64,000 bases of DNA from Chloroflexota bacterium (GCA_021789435.1 JAJYJO010000001.1:58674-122673); one strand, 5' to 3'. Positions 9,293-18,419 are shown, numbered from the stretch's first letter. Made by a program: numbers and translations. Notes: a model not told the origin generated them from the letters alone.

Positions 9293-9379
9293 GCCACGGC
9301 TCCTCTCGACGGCCGGCGCTTCGGCCCCGGGACGCCGCGCCGAGTGTGCCACGAGGCGTGTCCGTCCGCCGTCCCGCGG

Positions 9380-9970
9380 TCAGCGCCCGCGCGCGAGCCC
9401 GGCCCGGAGCCCCGCGGCGACGGCCGGCCACTCCTCGTCGGTGATGCTGAAGTAGACCGAGTGTCGGAGACGGCCGTCCGGCATCACCACGTGGTTCCGG
9501 AAGATCCCCTCCTGGCGGGCGCCGATGCGGAGCAGGGCCCGGCGCGACCGCTCGTTCCGGGAATCCGTCTTGAACTCGACGCGATGGCAGCCCAGCCGCT
9601 CGAAGGCGTGCTCGAGCATCAGCAGCTTGGCCTCGGAGTTGACGGCGGTCCGCTGCCAGGCGGGGGCGACCCAGGTCCAGCCGATCTCCAGCCGGCGGTT
9701 GCGTCGGTCGATGTTCAGGTAGCGACTGCTCCCGACTGGCCGGCCGGAGGCCCGATCGATCGTGGCGAACGGCAGCTCGGTGCCGGCCTCGCGGCCCCGC
9801 ACGGCGTCTGCCAGCCAGCGGTCGAGATCCTCGCGGGAGTGGATCCGGGCGGCCGTGAGGGTCCAGAGCGCGGGATCGAGGGCCACCTCGGCCAGGCCGT
9901 CGAGGTGGTCCGGGCCGAGTGGCTCCAGGCGGACGACGCGGCCCTCGAGCGTGACCGGCTCGACGGTCAT
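9380..9970 (-). CDS. GNAT-family N-acetyltransferase (RimJ/RimL-like)
   Basis: LEGRVVRLEPLGPDHLDGLAE...IGWTWVAPAWQRTAVNSEAKLLMLEHAFERLGCHRVEF has the GNAT fold motifs. The internal ATG was chosen over the low-complexity N-terminus of the maximal ORF (to 10135). Confidence 0.7.
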   Translation of the reverse strand: MTVEPVTLEGRVVRLEPLGPDHLDGLAEVALDPALWTLTAARIHSREDLDRWLADAVRGREAGTELPFATIDRASGRPVGSSRYLNIDRRNRRLEIGWTWVAPAWQRTAVNSEAKLLMLEHAFERLGCHRVEFKTDSRNERSRRALLRIGARQEGIFRNHVVMPDGRLRHSVYFSITDEEWPAVAAGLRAGLARGR

Positions 9971-10327
9971 GGGCCGTGCGAGCTCGGCCGGGTCGACGAA
10001 GCGGACGGTCGGGACCGGCGGCGGCGGTGCCGAGAGGGCGTCCGGCAGCGGCGCCGGCGGCCCGAGTCCGACGGAACCGTCGCCCGGGCCGCCGGCGCCG
10101 GGGAGGGGCCGGGTCGGCGTTCGCAGGTCCTCCACCGGCTCATGGTGGCGGGCGCCCGGATGCGGCGCAAGCCCAGGTGCGCCGGACGGGCCCCACGGCG
10201 GCCGGAGAGTCCGGAGGCCCAGGGTAGGACCTTCGGGCTATCGCCGCTGGGACCCGGCCCACCTAGACTCGGGGGCCGAGATCGATGGCAGGGCTCCTGG
10301 TCCCTGCCCGGAAGTCGGCGAACGCGA

Positions 10328-11356
10328 GTGCCCGTCGAGCCCCTCGTCACGGTTCTGACCATCGCCATCGTGGCCAACGTGGCCCTGATGCTCGCGGTCC
10401 TGGTCGCGCCGGCCATCCGCGGCCGGCGCCTCTCCGAGCGCGCGACCGCCCGGCCTCCCGAGTGGCCGCCGTTGGCGTCACCGGCCGTTTCCGGTCCGTC
10501 GCGGCGGCTGGTCGACCTGACGCCCGCCGAGCCGTCGGCCACCATCCTCTCGCGAGAGGCCGCCCCACCCGGAGCAATCGAGACGGCCGCGCCGAGCGCC
10601 GACGACTTCGACAGCCCGGAGGAGACCTTCGCGACAGAGATGGAACCCCGGCCCACCGACGAGATCGCGCGCCGCTTCCCCGTCGTCATGCCACACGATC
10701 CGCACGCCGGCCGGACGATCGAGGCGTTCCTCTCCAGCCTGGAGGCCGGGCCGGTCGAGCCCGACGCAATGCCGGCCCCGCTGGAGACCCCGGTCGGCCA
10801 TCCGACCCCGCTCGACGACGGGGCTCCGCTCGACGATGAGACGCGGCTCGCCCCGGAGGGCCTGCTCGACCCCCTGACCGGGCTCGAGGGGCCCCTCGGC
10901 TGGGAGCGGCGGCTGCGCGAGGAGAACGACCGACTGCAGCGCTACCGCCGGCCGGTGACCGCGGTCGTGGCCGAGATCGACGGCCTCCACCGGCTCGCAG
11001 AGCGCTTCGGCTCGGAACCGCCACGGCGGGTCATCCCGGCGGTGGCGGACGCCTTCCGCCGCGAGGCACGGGCCTCGGACCGGGTGGCCCGCGTGGCGTG
11101 GGCCCGCTTCGCCGTCCTGCTGCCGGAGACCGACGAAGTCCAGGCCATCAACTACGTCGAGCGGGTCCGCTCCGCCTGCGATCGCTGGCTCGAATCCGGC
11201 GCCGTCGCCCTGCGGCTCTCCGTCGGTTGGGCCAGCCCGAACGGGACCGGTGACCTGGCGACGGCCGCCCGCCTGGCGGAGGAGCGGATGCAGGCCGAGC
11301 GTCGCTCCATGCCGCCGCTCCGGATCGCCCGGACGGGCACCGATCCGCGCCTCTGA
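10328..11356 (+). CDS. Membrane-anchored GGDEF-domain protein with a degenerate active site (AWARF in place of GGEEF) and a retained RxxD I-site
   Basis: N-terminal TM helix (LVTVLTIAIVANVALMLAVLVAPAI). C-terminal GGDEF fold: LLDPLTGL...RRPVTAVVAEIDGLHRL...RASDRVARVAWARFAVLLPETD. The in-frame GTG at 10328 is tentative. Confidence 0.65.
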   Translation: MPVEPLVTVLTIAIVANVALMLAVLVAPAIRGRRLSERATARPPEWPPLASPAVSGPSRRLVDLTPAEPSATILSREAAPPGAIETAAPSADDFDSPEETFATEMEPRPTDEIARRFPVVMPHDPHAGRTIEAFLSSLEAGPVEPDAMPAPLETPVGHPTPLDDGAPLDDETRLAPEGLLDPLTGLEGPLGWERRLREENDRLQRYRRPVTAVVAEIDGLHRLAERFGSEPPRRVIPAVADAFRREARASDRVARVAWARFAVLLPETDEVQAINYVERVRSACDRWLESGAVALRLSVGWASPNGTGDLATAARLAEERMQAERRSMPPLRIARTGTDPRL

Positions 11357-11359
11357 CGT

Positions 11360-12397
11360 TCAGCGGAGCAGGGGCACGACCGTCCTCGCGAAGCGCTCCA
11401 GGAGGTCGGCCTGGCCGGCCGCCGAGAGGCCGGGCAGGTAGTTCCTGGCCATGACGTGGAGGTCGCCCCCGGCCGCTTCCCGGTAGGCGGCGATGCGGTC
11501 GGCGCAGGCCTCCGGTGAACCGGCGACCGTGGTGGCGCGCAGTCGGTCCGCGACGCCGTCCGGGAGCTCGCCGCGGGGCGGCATCGGCTGGCCCGTCCGG
11601 CGGGCGGAGCGACCCATGTCCAGGTACTTCCACTGCGTGTGCAGGACGAGCTCCCCGAACTCGTCCCATGCGTCGCGTTGTCCCTCCTGGGGGAGCACCG
11701 TCAGGTACGTCGCCAGGGCCAGCGTCGCCGGATCGCGTCCGCTCCGCTCCAGCTCGTCCCGGACGATCGCGACGTCCGCCCGGAACTCGTCCAGCGGCGC
11801 CTGCATCACGAACACGCCGTCGGCGAGCCGCGCGGCGCGCCGGAGTGCCGGCTCGGCTTCCGCGCCCACCCAGATGGCCAGCCGGCCGCGCGCCGGCTTC
11901 GGGCGGATGCTCACCTCCGGTACGTCGTAGATCGGGCCGTGGTGGTGCACGACGTCGTCGGCCGCGGCCTGGCGCAGGATGTCGAAGATCTCCTCGAGGG
12001 CCCGCCCGCGCCGGGCGCGCTCCGCACCGAAGGCGGCGAACTCGACCTTGGACCAGCCCAGGCCCAGGCCCAGGACGAACCGGCCCTCACCGAGCAGGTC
12101 GATGGTCGCCGCCTCCTCGGCCAGCCGGACCGGCTGGTAGAGCGGGGCCAGGGCAACCCCGGTCCCGACCCGGATCCGGCGCGTCACGGCCGTCATCGCC
12201 GCCGCCATCGTGAGCGGCGCCGGCAGGTAGTCGCTGTCGACGAAGTGGTGCTCGGTCGTCCACACGGTGTCCAGGCCGAGCCGCTCGGCCGCCTCCGCCA
12301 GCCGGAGGGCCTCCTGGTAGAGCTCCACCGCGGTCCGCCCGGGCACGGCCGGGTGCCGCTCGCAACTGATCAGCCCGTAGCCGAACGTCAGTGCCAT
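11360..12397 (-). CDS. LLM-class (luciferase-like) flavin/F420-dependent oxidoreductase
   Basis: MALTFGYGLISCE...LGLDTVWTTEHHF...VRLAEEAATIDLLGEGRFVLGLGLGW is the TIM-barrel LLM pattern. ATG with GGAGGAGG 7 nt upstream. Confidence 0.8.
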   Translation of the reverse strand: MALTFGYGLISCERHPAVPGRTAVELYQEALRLAEAAERLGLDTVWTTEHHFVDSDYLPAPLTMAAAMTAVTRRIRVGTGVALAPLYQPVRLAEEAATIDLLGEGRFVLGLGLGWSKVEFAAFGAERARRGRALEEIFDILRQAAADDVVHHHGPIYDVPEVSIRPKPARGRLAIWVGAEAEPALRRAARLADGVFVMQAPLDEFRADVAIVRDELERSGRDPATLALATYLTVLPQEGQRDAWDEFGELVLHTQWKYLDMGRSARRTGQPMPPRGELPDGVADRLRATTVAGSPEACADRIAAYREAAGGDLHVMARNYLPGLSAAGQADLLERFARTVVPLLR

Positions 12398-12590
12398 GGG
12401 CGACCTCCTCCGCCTGGGGTGAGCGCCGATCAAGGATAGCCGGCCGATCGGCTGCTCCGCCCCGCGGCGACCGGGACGCCGCCCACGGGGCGGTCCGTCC
12501 GATCCGCCTCGGGCAGGGGCGAACGGCACTGCCCTGTGCGTCGGGGCGGCGGTAGGCTGCGACCATCGGAGCCAGCGCCGCGGAGGCCGC

Positions 12591-12761
12591 ATGATGACCG
12601 ACCTGGAGACCGAGCAGGCGGACGAGCAGGTCGTGCTGGTTCGCCTGACGCCGGAGGAGCTGGGGCTCGTGCTCGCCGGCCTCCGGCTGATGCTCGACGC
12701 GGAGGACGACCCGGAGACGATCGCCGAGCTGAAGCGGCTGCTGCGCCGGCTGACGAGCTAG
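12591..12761 (+). CDS. Hypothetical 56-aa acidic protein (absent from the supplied ORF track)
   Basis: atgatgacc... preceded by GGAGG. MMTDLETEQADEQVVLVRLTPEELGLVLAGLRLMLDAEDDPETIAELKRLLRRLTS has helical, non-repetitive composition. It overlaps the convergent PPOX gene by 4 nt. Confidence 0.4.
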   Translation: MMTDLETEQADEQVVLVRLTPEELGLVLAGLRLMLDAEDDPETIAELKRLLRRLTS

Positions 12762-13201
12762 CCGCGTTCGGCGACGCGGCCCCAGGCGAGAGCGCGCGTC
12801 GGCTGGATCCGGATCAGCGGCCGCCCCTCCAGCGGCTGCGTCGCGTACTGCGGGTAGCGCTGCCGGAGGGCGGCGACCGCGGCGATGTGGCCCGCCCCGC
12901 CGGGCTCGATCAGGTCGGCCGTGCCTTCGACGCGAAGCCAGGCCAGGTCCGCCCAGTCCTCGGACCAGCGATCGACCAGGAGGGCGACCTGCGGCCGGGC
13001 GAGCACGTCCCGGACGCGGGCCAGCGAGCGGGGATCGAGTCCGCGCTTGGGCTTGAGGTCGAGCGGCGTCCAGATCGCGTCCCCGGCCACCGCGAAGCAG
13101 ACGGGCAGCGGTCGCGGTCGACCGCCTGGGCCGATCGTCGCCAGCACGGCCCGCCGGGCGGCGTCGAGGAACCCGAGGAGCGCGGCGTCCAGGACGGGCA
13201 T
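12758..13201 (-). CDS. PPOX-class (pyridoxamine 5'-phosphate oxidase-like) probable F420-dependent enzyme
   Basis: MPVLDAALLGFLDAARRAVLATIGPGGRPRPLPVCFAVAGDAIWTPLD...LLVDRWSEDWADLAWLRVEGTA matches the split-barrel family pattern (TIGR03618-like). Confidence 0.7.
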   Translation of the reverse strand: MPVLDAALLGFLDAARRAVLATIGPGGRPRPLPVCFAVAGDAIWTPLDLKPKRGLDPRSLARVRDVLARPQVALLVDRWSEDWADLAWLRVEGTADLIEPGGAGHIAAVAALRQRYPQYATQPLEGRPLIRIQPTRALAWGRVAERG

Positions 13202-13408
13202 CGTCGCGAAGCGTACCCTTCCCGAGACGGCCCGGCGCACGCCGGGGCCGCGGCCCGCCCGGCCCGCAGCGACAGGCCGGTCGGCCCTCGACCGGGTGTC
13301 GGGCGCCGCGGCAGAGTCGTACGGCCGCCAGCCCCCCGCATCGGGCCGGCGCGGCCAGTCAGCGATGTCCGCGCCGGGGGCTGCGGGCGTCCGAGGTTGG
13401 TGCGCACC

Positions 13409-14743
13409 GTGGACGTGAAGCGTGTCGTGATCATGGGCGCCGCGGGGCGCGACTTCCACGACTTCAACGTGGTCTACCGCGACGACCCGTCGGTCGAGGT
13501 GGTCGCCTTCACCGCGACACAGATCCCGGGCATCGAGAGCCGACGCTACCCGCCGGAGCTGGCGGGCGAGCGCTACCCGGCCGGGATCCGGATCGTCCCG
13601 GAGGCGGAGCTCGAGCAGCTGATCACCGACGAGCGGATCGACGAGGTCGTCTTCGCCTACAGCGACGTCTCGCACGAGACCGTCATGCACGTTGCGTCGC
13701 GGGTCCTTGCCCGGGGGGCCGACTTCGCCCTGCTCGGCCCGAAGCGGACCATGATCCGCAGCAGCCGGCCGCTCGTGGCCGTCGGGGCGGTGCGCACGGG
13801 GGCCGGCAAGAGCCAGACGACGCGCTACCTGGCCGCCCTGCTGGCGGAGGCCGGCCTGCGGCCGGTCGTCATCCGTCACCCGATGCCCTACGGCGACCTG
13901 GTCGCCCAGCGCGTCCAGCGCTACGCGACCTATGCGGACCTGGACCGGTACGAGACGACGATCGAGGAGCGGGAGGAGTACGAGCCCCACCTTGACGCCG
14001 GGCGGGTCCTCTACGCCGGCGTCGACTACGAGGCGATCCTGCGCCAGGCGGAGACCGAGGCGGACGTGATCCTCTGGGACGGCGGCAACAACGACTTCCC
14101 CTTCTACCGACCCGACCTCTTCGTGGTGGTGGCCGACCCCCTGCGGCCCGGCCACGAGCTCCGCTACCACCCGGGCGAGACCAACCTCCGGATGGCCGAC
14201 GTGGTGATCATCAACAAGATCGACTCGGCGGAGCTGGCGGTCGTCAAGGATGTCCGGGAGGCGATCGAGGACGTCAACCCGGGGGCCCGCATCGTCCTGG
14301 CCCGTTCGGCCCTGGCCCTCACCGGCGACGTCGTCGGCAAGAGCGTGGCGGTGGTCGAGGACGGCCCGACGCTCACCCACGGCGGGATGACCTACGGCGC
14401 GGGCATCGTGGCGGCCCGGCGCTTCATGGCCCGCCAAATCGTGGATCCCCGGCCGTATGCCGTGGGCAGCCTGGCCAAGGTCCTGCGGGCCTATCCGGAC
14501 CTCCAGAGGCTGGTGCCGGCGATGGGCTACGGCGATGCCCAGGTCCGCGACCTGGAAGCGACGCTCAACGCGATGCCGGCCGAGCTGGTCCTCTCGGGGA
14601 CGCCGATCGACCTGACGCGGGTGCTGAAGCTGAACAAGCCGATCGTCCGGGTGCGCTACGAGCTCGAGGAGGTCGAGGGGCCGAGGTTGCGCGAGCTGCT
14701 GCGGCCGATCGTGGCGGCGGCCCGCCAGCCGCACGCGGTCTAG
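13409..14743 (+). CDS. Cyclic 2,3-diphosphoglycerate synthetase-like P-loop protein (cDPGS family, tentative)
   Basis: KRVVIMGAAGRDFHDFNVVYRDD...SDVSHETVMHVASRVLARGADF...VAVGAVRTGAGKSQTT (Walker A)...HPMPYGDL. My recollection of the family assignment is imperfect. Alternative in-frame starts at 13415 and 13433. Confidence 0.5.
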   Translation: MDVKRVVIMGAAGRDFHDFNVVYRDDPSVEVVAFTATQIPGIESRRYPPELAGERYPAGIRIVPEAELEQLITDERIDEVVFAYSDVSHETVMHVASRVLARGADFALLGPKRTMIRSSRPLVAVGAVRTGAGKSQTTRYLAALLAEAGLRPVVIRHPMPYGDLVAQRVQRYATYADLDRYETTIEEREEYEPHLDAGRVLYAGVDYEAILRQAETEADVILWDGGNNDFPFYRPDLFVVVADPLRPGHELRYHPGETNLRMADVVIINKIDSAELAVVKDVREAIEDVNPGARIVLARSALALTGDVVGKSVAVVEDGPTLTHGGMTYGAGIVAARRFMARQIVDPRPYAVGSLAKVLRAYPDLQRLVPAMGYGDAQVRDLEATLNAMPAELVLSGTPIDLTRVLKLNKPIVRVRYELEEVEGPRLRELLRPIVAAARQPHAV

Positions 14744-14801
14744 GCTCGGACCGACCGGGATCGGCGCCGGCCGGCGGACCCGCGCCGGCCGGCGGATGGC
14801 G

Positions 14802-15200
14802 TCAGATCGCGACGCCGCCCATGGCGCGCTCGATCGCCTCCAGGAGTCGCTCCCGGGTGGGCGTGCCGAGCAGCGTGGTCACCCCGTAGATCCCCTCTGA
14901 CTCCGCCCACTCCGGCTCGAGGCCCGGCGAGGTCAGGACGATCGGCTTGTCGGGGTACTGCTCGCGCAGATGCTCGATCAGCTGCGCCCCGCCCCCCGTC
15001 GCTCCGCTGGCCCAGACGTCGTAGACAAGGACATCGGCACGGTCGGCGAGGGCACAGGACATGCCGCGGAGGACGGGGCAGGGACGCCCGGCGCCGGTCG
15101 GCCCGACACACTCCACGACCTCGTACCCGGCGCGGCGGAGCGAATCGACCTCCTGGTCGGCGATGTCCACATCGTGGTGGACGACGAGGACGCGGGTCAT
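14802..15200 (-). CDS. Stand-alone response-regulator receiver (CheY-like) domain protein
   Basis: 132 aa; MTRVLVVHHDVDIADQEV..LRRAGYEVVEC...VLVYDVW...KPIVLTS has the receiver-fold pattern. Its start lies 10 nt downstream of the MT stop. Confidence 0.6.
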   Translation of the reverse strand: MTRVLVVHHDVDIADQEVDSLRRAGYEVVECVGPTGAGRPCPVLRGMSCALADRADVLVYDVWASGATGGGAQLIEHLREQYPDKPIVLTSPGLEPEWAESEGIYGVTTLLGTPTRERLLEAIERAMGGVAI

Positions 15201-15209
15201 GACGCTCCT

Positions 15210-16313
15210 TCATCGGCCGGGTCGGTGGCAGCCCGGACCCGCTGTCCGGACGGCCGGCCGCAGTCGCATCCTCGCCGGGCGGACCGTCTGCCCGGAAGGG
15301 GCGAAGGTCCCGAAGTCCGGGGGCGGGCGGGCCCCTGCGGCCCTGTCCGATCGAGGGGTGTCTCGCGGCGACGAAACCGGCGACGAAATCGGTCGCGGCC
15401 GGAGTTCCGCCCTGGGCAGGCCGGCCGCCCATGAGGGTCGGCGCTGGGCCGCCGGTCGCTGCCGGAAGCCGCCGGACGGCCGCTGCGCTCGGCTGGTTCG
15501 GCGCTCGGCCGGCGGCGCTCGGCCGCCTCGGCGGGCGACGATGTTGAGGCGGACATAGTCGATCTCCGGCCGGGCGAGCCGGCCCACGACGGCCCGGACG
15601 AACGCTCTGCCCTCCGCCGGCCTGAGCCGAGCCAGGTGCTCCCGGAGGACGATCGCGGCCAGGAACGTCTCGAGCGGCTCACCCGGCTCGAGCGACGTCG
15701 GCTCGGGCTGAAGCCAGGTCCGCACCTCGACGAAACCGGCCGCCTCCAGCCGACGGCGCGTCTCCGCCGGGCGAGGGAAGACCCAGGGCCCGGGCCACGC
15801 CTCGCCGGTCTCCCGGGCGGCCTCGAGGACGGCAGCGATGTTGCCCGCCCCGCCGCACTGGGCGACCAGCTGCCCGCCGGGGCGCAGGCCGGCGGCCAGG
15901 TTCCGGAAGAGCGCGTCGTGGTCGAGGACCCAGTGGAAGGTGGCCGTGGACAGGAGCGCGTCGACCGGCGGGGCGACCGGCAGCGGCCGGCCGAGGTCCG
16001 CGGCCACGAACTCGACGCGGTCGAGGAACCGGCCGAGGCGGCGCCGGGCCTCGGCGAGCATGGCCGGCGAGCCGTCCAGGGCGACCACCCGGCCGCGGGG
16101 CAGGCGCTCCACCAGCTGCTCGGTGACACGGCCGGTCCCGCAGCCCGCGTCGAGGACGCGCTCGTCGCCTTCCAGGTCCAGCCGCCCCAGCACGTCGGCG
16201 CCCCAGCGCGCCATCGGGTCCGCGATGCGGTCGTACGTTCGAGCGTCCCAGTCGCGGAGATCGCCGTCGACGGACGGGACGGGCCGCGGGGAGCCGGGGA
16301 AGCGATCGGTCAC
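15210..16313 (-). CDS. Class I SAM-dependent methyltransferase (Tam/trans-aconitate-MT-like) with an Arg/Pro-rich C-terminal tail of about 110 aa
   Basis: WDARTYDRIADPMARWGADVLGRLDLEGDERVLDAGCGTGRVTEQL...ALDGSPAML...LRPGGQLV. The GTG at 16313 is preceded by GGAG. The tail before the first stop is low-complexity and may not be translated as shown. Confidence 0.65.
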   Translation of the reverse strand: MTDRFPGSPRPVPSVDGDLRDWDARTYDRIADPMARWGADVLGRLDLEGDERVLDAGCGTGRVTEQLVERLPRGRVVALDGSPAMLAEARRRLGRFLDRVEFVAADLGRPLPVAPPVDALLSTATFHWVLDHDALFRNLAAGLRPGGQLVAQCGGAGNIAAVLEAARETGEAWPGPWVFPRPAETRRRLEAAGFVEVRTWLQPEPTSLEPGEPLETFLAAIVLREHLARLRPAEGRAFVRAVVGRLARPEIDYVRLNIVARRGGRAPPAERRTSRAQRPSGGFRQRPAAQRRPSWAAGLPRAELRPRPISSPVSSPRDTPRSDRAAGARPPPDFGTFAPSGQTVRPARMRLRPAVRTAGPGCHRPGR

Positions 16314-16431
16314 GAGGACTCCGCTGCGGTGGATGCCGCCCGATCGTCCACGCCACGGGCACTGCCCGTCAACTGCGCGCACCGTCCGCGGGTCGCCCGC
16401 CCGCCGGAGGTCCCCGGTCGAAGGATCCGGC

Positions 16432-17181
16432 CTACCCGCCGACGGCGCGCAGCCAGCCCAGGCCGAAGACCACGCCGACGGCGAAGGTCGCGTAGCGGAA
16501 GAGCCAGGCCAGGGCCCCGCCCTCGTGTTCGACCACCTGCCGGGGGGCGTACACGAGCATGGCGTAGTAGACGCCCGAGAAGAGGATGAAGAATCCGCCG
16601 GCGGCAAGCGCCGTCGTCCGGTCGCTGAACGCGGCGACCGTGAATGCGGCACCGCCCGCTCCACCGACGACGGCGTCGATGATCTGCCAGAAGAGGCCGC
16701 CGGCGACCAGGATGAACGGCGTCACGAGGGCCCGGCGGGTCCGAACGGAGAGCGGCGGCACCAGCCGTCGCATCGCCACCGCCACCGCGGCGGCGGCTCC
16801 GAGCAGGAGCGTCGTGGCGGCCTCCGGCGCTCCGCCCAGGGCGGCCCAGCCGCCGCCGGCGATGAGCAGGAGCCCGCCGACGAGCGGACCGACGGCCCCG
16901 CGCTGCAGGATGGACGGTTCCGTGGCGCCGGGCCCGGCGGTGCGCCGGGCGACCAGCGCCGCGAGGGCGAGCCCCACGGCGAGGAGGCGCAGGCCGCCCT
17001 GGACCGGCTGGCCTCCGTCGAACGGACCGGCCCCGCCTTCTGTCCGGCTGAGCAGCGGCGCGGCGAGGGCGACCCAGCCGACGAGGAGCCAATCCTCGAC
17101 GCGGGCAGCCAGCCCCGGGCGGCGGCCCCGGAGCGGCGCTGGGTTGGCCCCGTCGTCGCCGCTCACCGGGCCGGAAGGCAT
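16432..17181 (-). CDS. Polytopic membrane protein, unknown function (maximal ORF to 17328)
   Basis: Multiple hydrophobic helices (LLVGWVALAAPLL, LLLIAGGGWAALG, TLLLGAAAAVAVA, FILVAGGLFWQIIDAVVG, GGFFILFSGVYYAMLVYA, YATFAVGVVFGLGWL). Start uncertain. Confidence 0.5.
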   Translation of the reverse strand: MPSGPVSGDDGANPAPLRGRRPGLAARVEDWLLVGWVALAAPLLSRTEGGAGPFDGGQPVQGGLRLLAVGLALAALVARRTAGPGATEPSILQRGAVGPLVGGLLLIAGGGWAALGGAPEAATTLLLGAAAAVAVAMRRLVPPLSVRTRRALVTPFILVAGGLFWQIIDAVVGGAGGAAFTVAAFSDRTTALAAGGFFILFSGVYYAMLVYAPRQVVEHEGGALAWLFRYATFAVGVVFGLGWLRAVGG

Positions 17182-17579
17182 CCGGAGCGGGCGCCGGATC
17201 GGGAGGCCCCGCCCGGCCGCCCGCTCATCGGAGAGCTCCGGGCATCGTCGTCGGGCTCGGGTCCGCGATGTGCCGCGGCCGCGCATCGTCTGGACGGCGG
17301 AGCGGGCCCGGACGCCCGAGGAACGCATGGGCAGGCATCGAGGCGAGGCTAGGCGGCCGGCCCGGGAGGATCAAGGGGCGGTTCCCCTCTTCCTGTCGGC
17401 CGGGACGGGCTGATCGGTTGTGCCGCGCCAGGTGGCCGGCCGAAGGCTCGCCCGAGCCGGCCGGCGCGAGTCCCGTGGTGCCGCGCTCCGGCCGGGCCGT
17501 GAGCAGGAGAACGGCCCCGGACGGCGACCGCGCCCCCGGTGCCGGAGCGGCTTCCCGGGCTCCGGCGCCGGAGCGGGGG

Positions 17580-17918
17580 TCAGTCGGCCTTCACCTGGCG
17601 AAAGCAGTCCGAGCAGTAGACCGGCCGGTCCATCCGCGGCCGGAACGGCACCTGGGCCTGGTTGCCACAGCGGGAGCAGACGACGGCGAAGTACTCGCGG
17701 GCCGGCCGCTCGCCGCCTCGCTCGTAGCCGCGCGGGCCCCCGATCTCCTGGATGTCGGCGCCCGAGTCCCGCGTCGCCCGTCGGCTGGCTCGGCAGCTCG
17801 CGCAGCGCTTCGGCTCGGAGACGAAGCCCTTCTGGGCGTAGTACTCCTGGTCGGCGGCGGAGTGGATGAACTCCACTCCGCAGTCGACGCAGGTCAGCGT
17901 TCGATCCGTATAGGTCAC
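17580..17918 (-). CDS. Zinc-ribbon protein with two zf-trcl-type repeats
   Basis: LTCVDCGVEFIHSAADQEYYAQKGFVSEPKRCASCR and VVCSRCGNQAQVPFRPRMDRPVYCSDCF are two CxxC...CxxC units of the 'probable zinc-ribbon' type. The GTG is preceded by GGGAGGAG. Confidence 0.7.
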   Translation of the reverse strand: MTYTDRTLTCVDCGVEFIHSAADQEYYAQKGFVSEPKRCASCRASRRATRDSGADIQEIGGPRGYERGGERPAREYFAVVCSRCGNQAQVPFRPRMDRPVYCSDCFRQVKAD

Positions 17919-18419
17919 GTTCTCCTCCCCGGTCCACTCGCAGTCTTCGTCGGCGGCCCGTGGAGGGCGGCTTCGGATCGAGGAGCGCCATGGAGGGGGA
18001 GAGCCCGGGTTGCGCCCCAGTTCCGATGCCGTAGGTCCCTGCTGGGGCACACCGGTGAGGGTGCCGAGGATAGCACCGGCGTCCGGCTCGGGCGTTGCAT
18101 GGTCTCGGACATTTCACCGCCGGGGCTGGCTGGGCGTGCGCCGGCCGGCGTCCCGCCGACAGGCCTCGATTCCGGCCCTGCGGTCGGCCCGAGGGCGCCG
18201 CTCCGGCCCCGCGGCCGGCGCCCCGATCCGGGCCCTGCGGTCGGCCGACGGCAGGGGCTGACCCGGGCGAGCCGCGAACCTGTCACAATGCGGCCGGTTC
18301 GGGAGGCGCCCCGGTCCCTCGGCGACCCGCGCCGCCCTCGAGCGCGTCCAGTGGCGAGCGTGGTCGAAGGGAGCGGGGCCCGGCGGTCCGGGACGAGCTG
18401 GAGGTGCCTCGAGGGGCTC

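Noticed and set aside
7622-11356. 1244-aa ORF on the plus strand
   Set aside because: Only the last 343 codons (GGDEF protein) look real. The upstream 900 codons are Arg/Gly/Pro-rich antisense of the tryptophanase and GNAT genes, typical open antisense frames in high-GC DNA.
18280-18330. Possible LexA/SOS box upstream of sbcD (GAAC...GTTC)
   Set aside because: Half-sites are separated by about 17 nt, not the N4 spacing of the Actinobacterial TCGAAC-N4-GTTCGA consensus.
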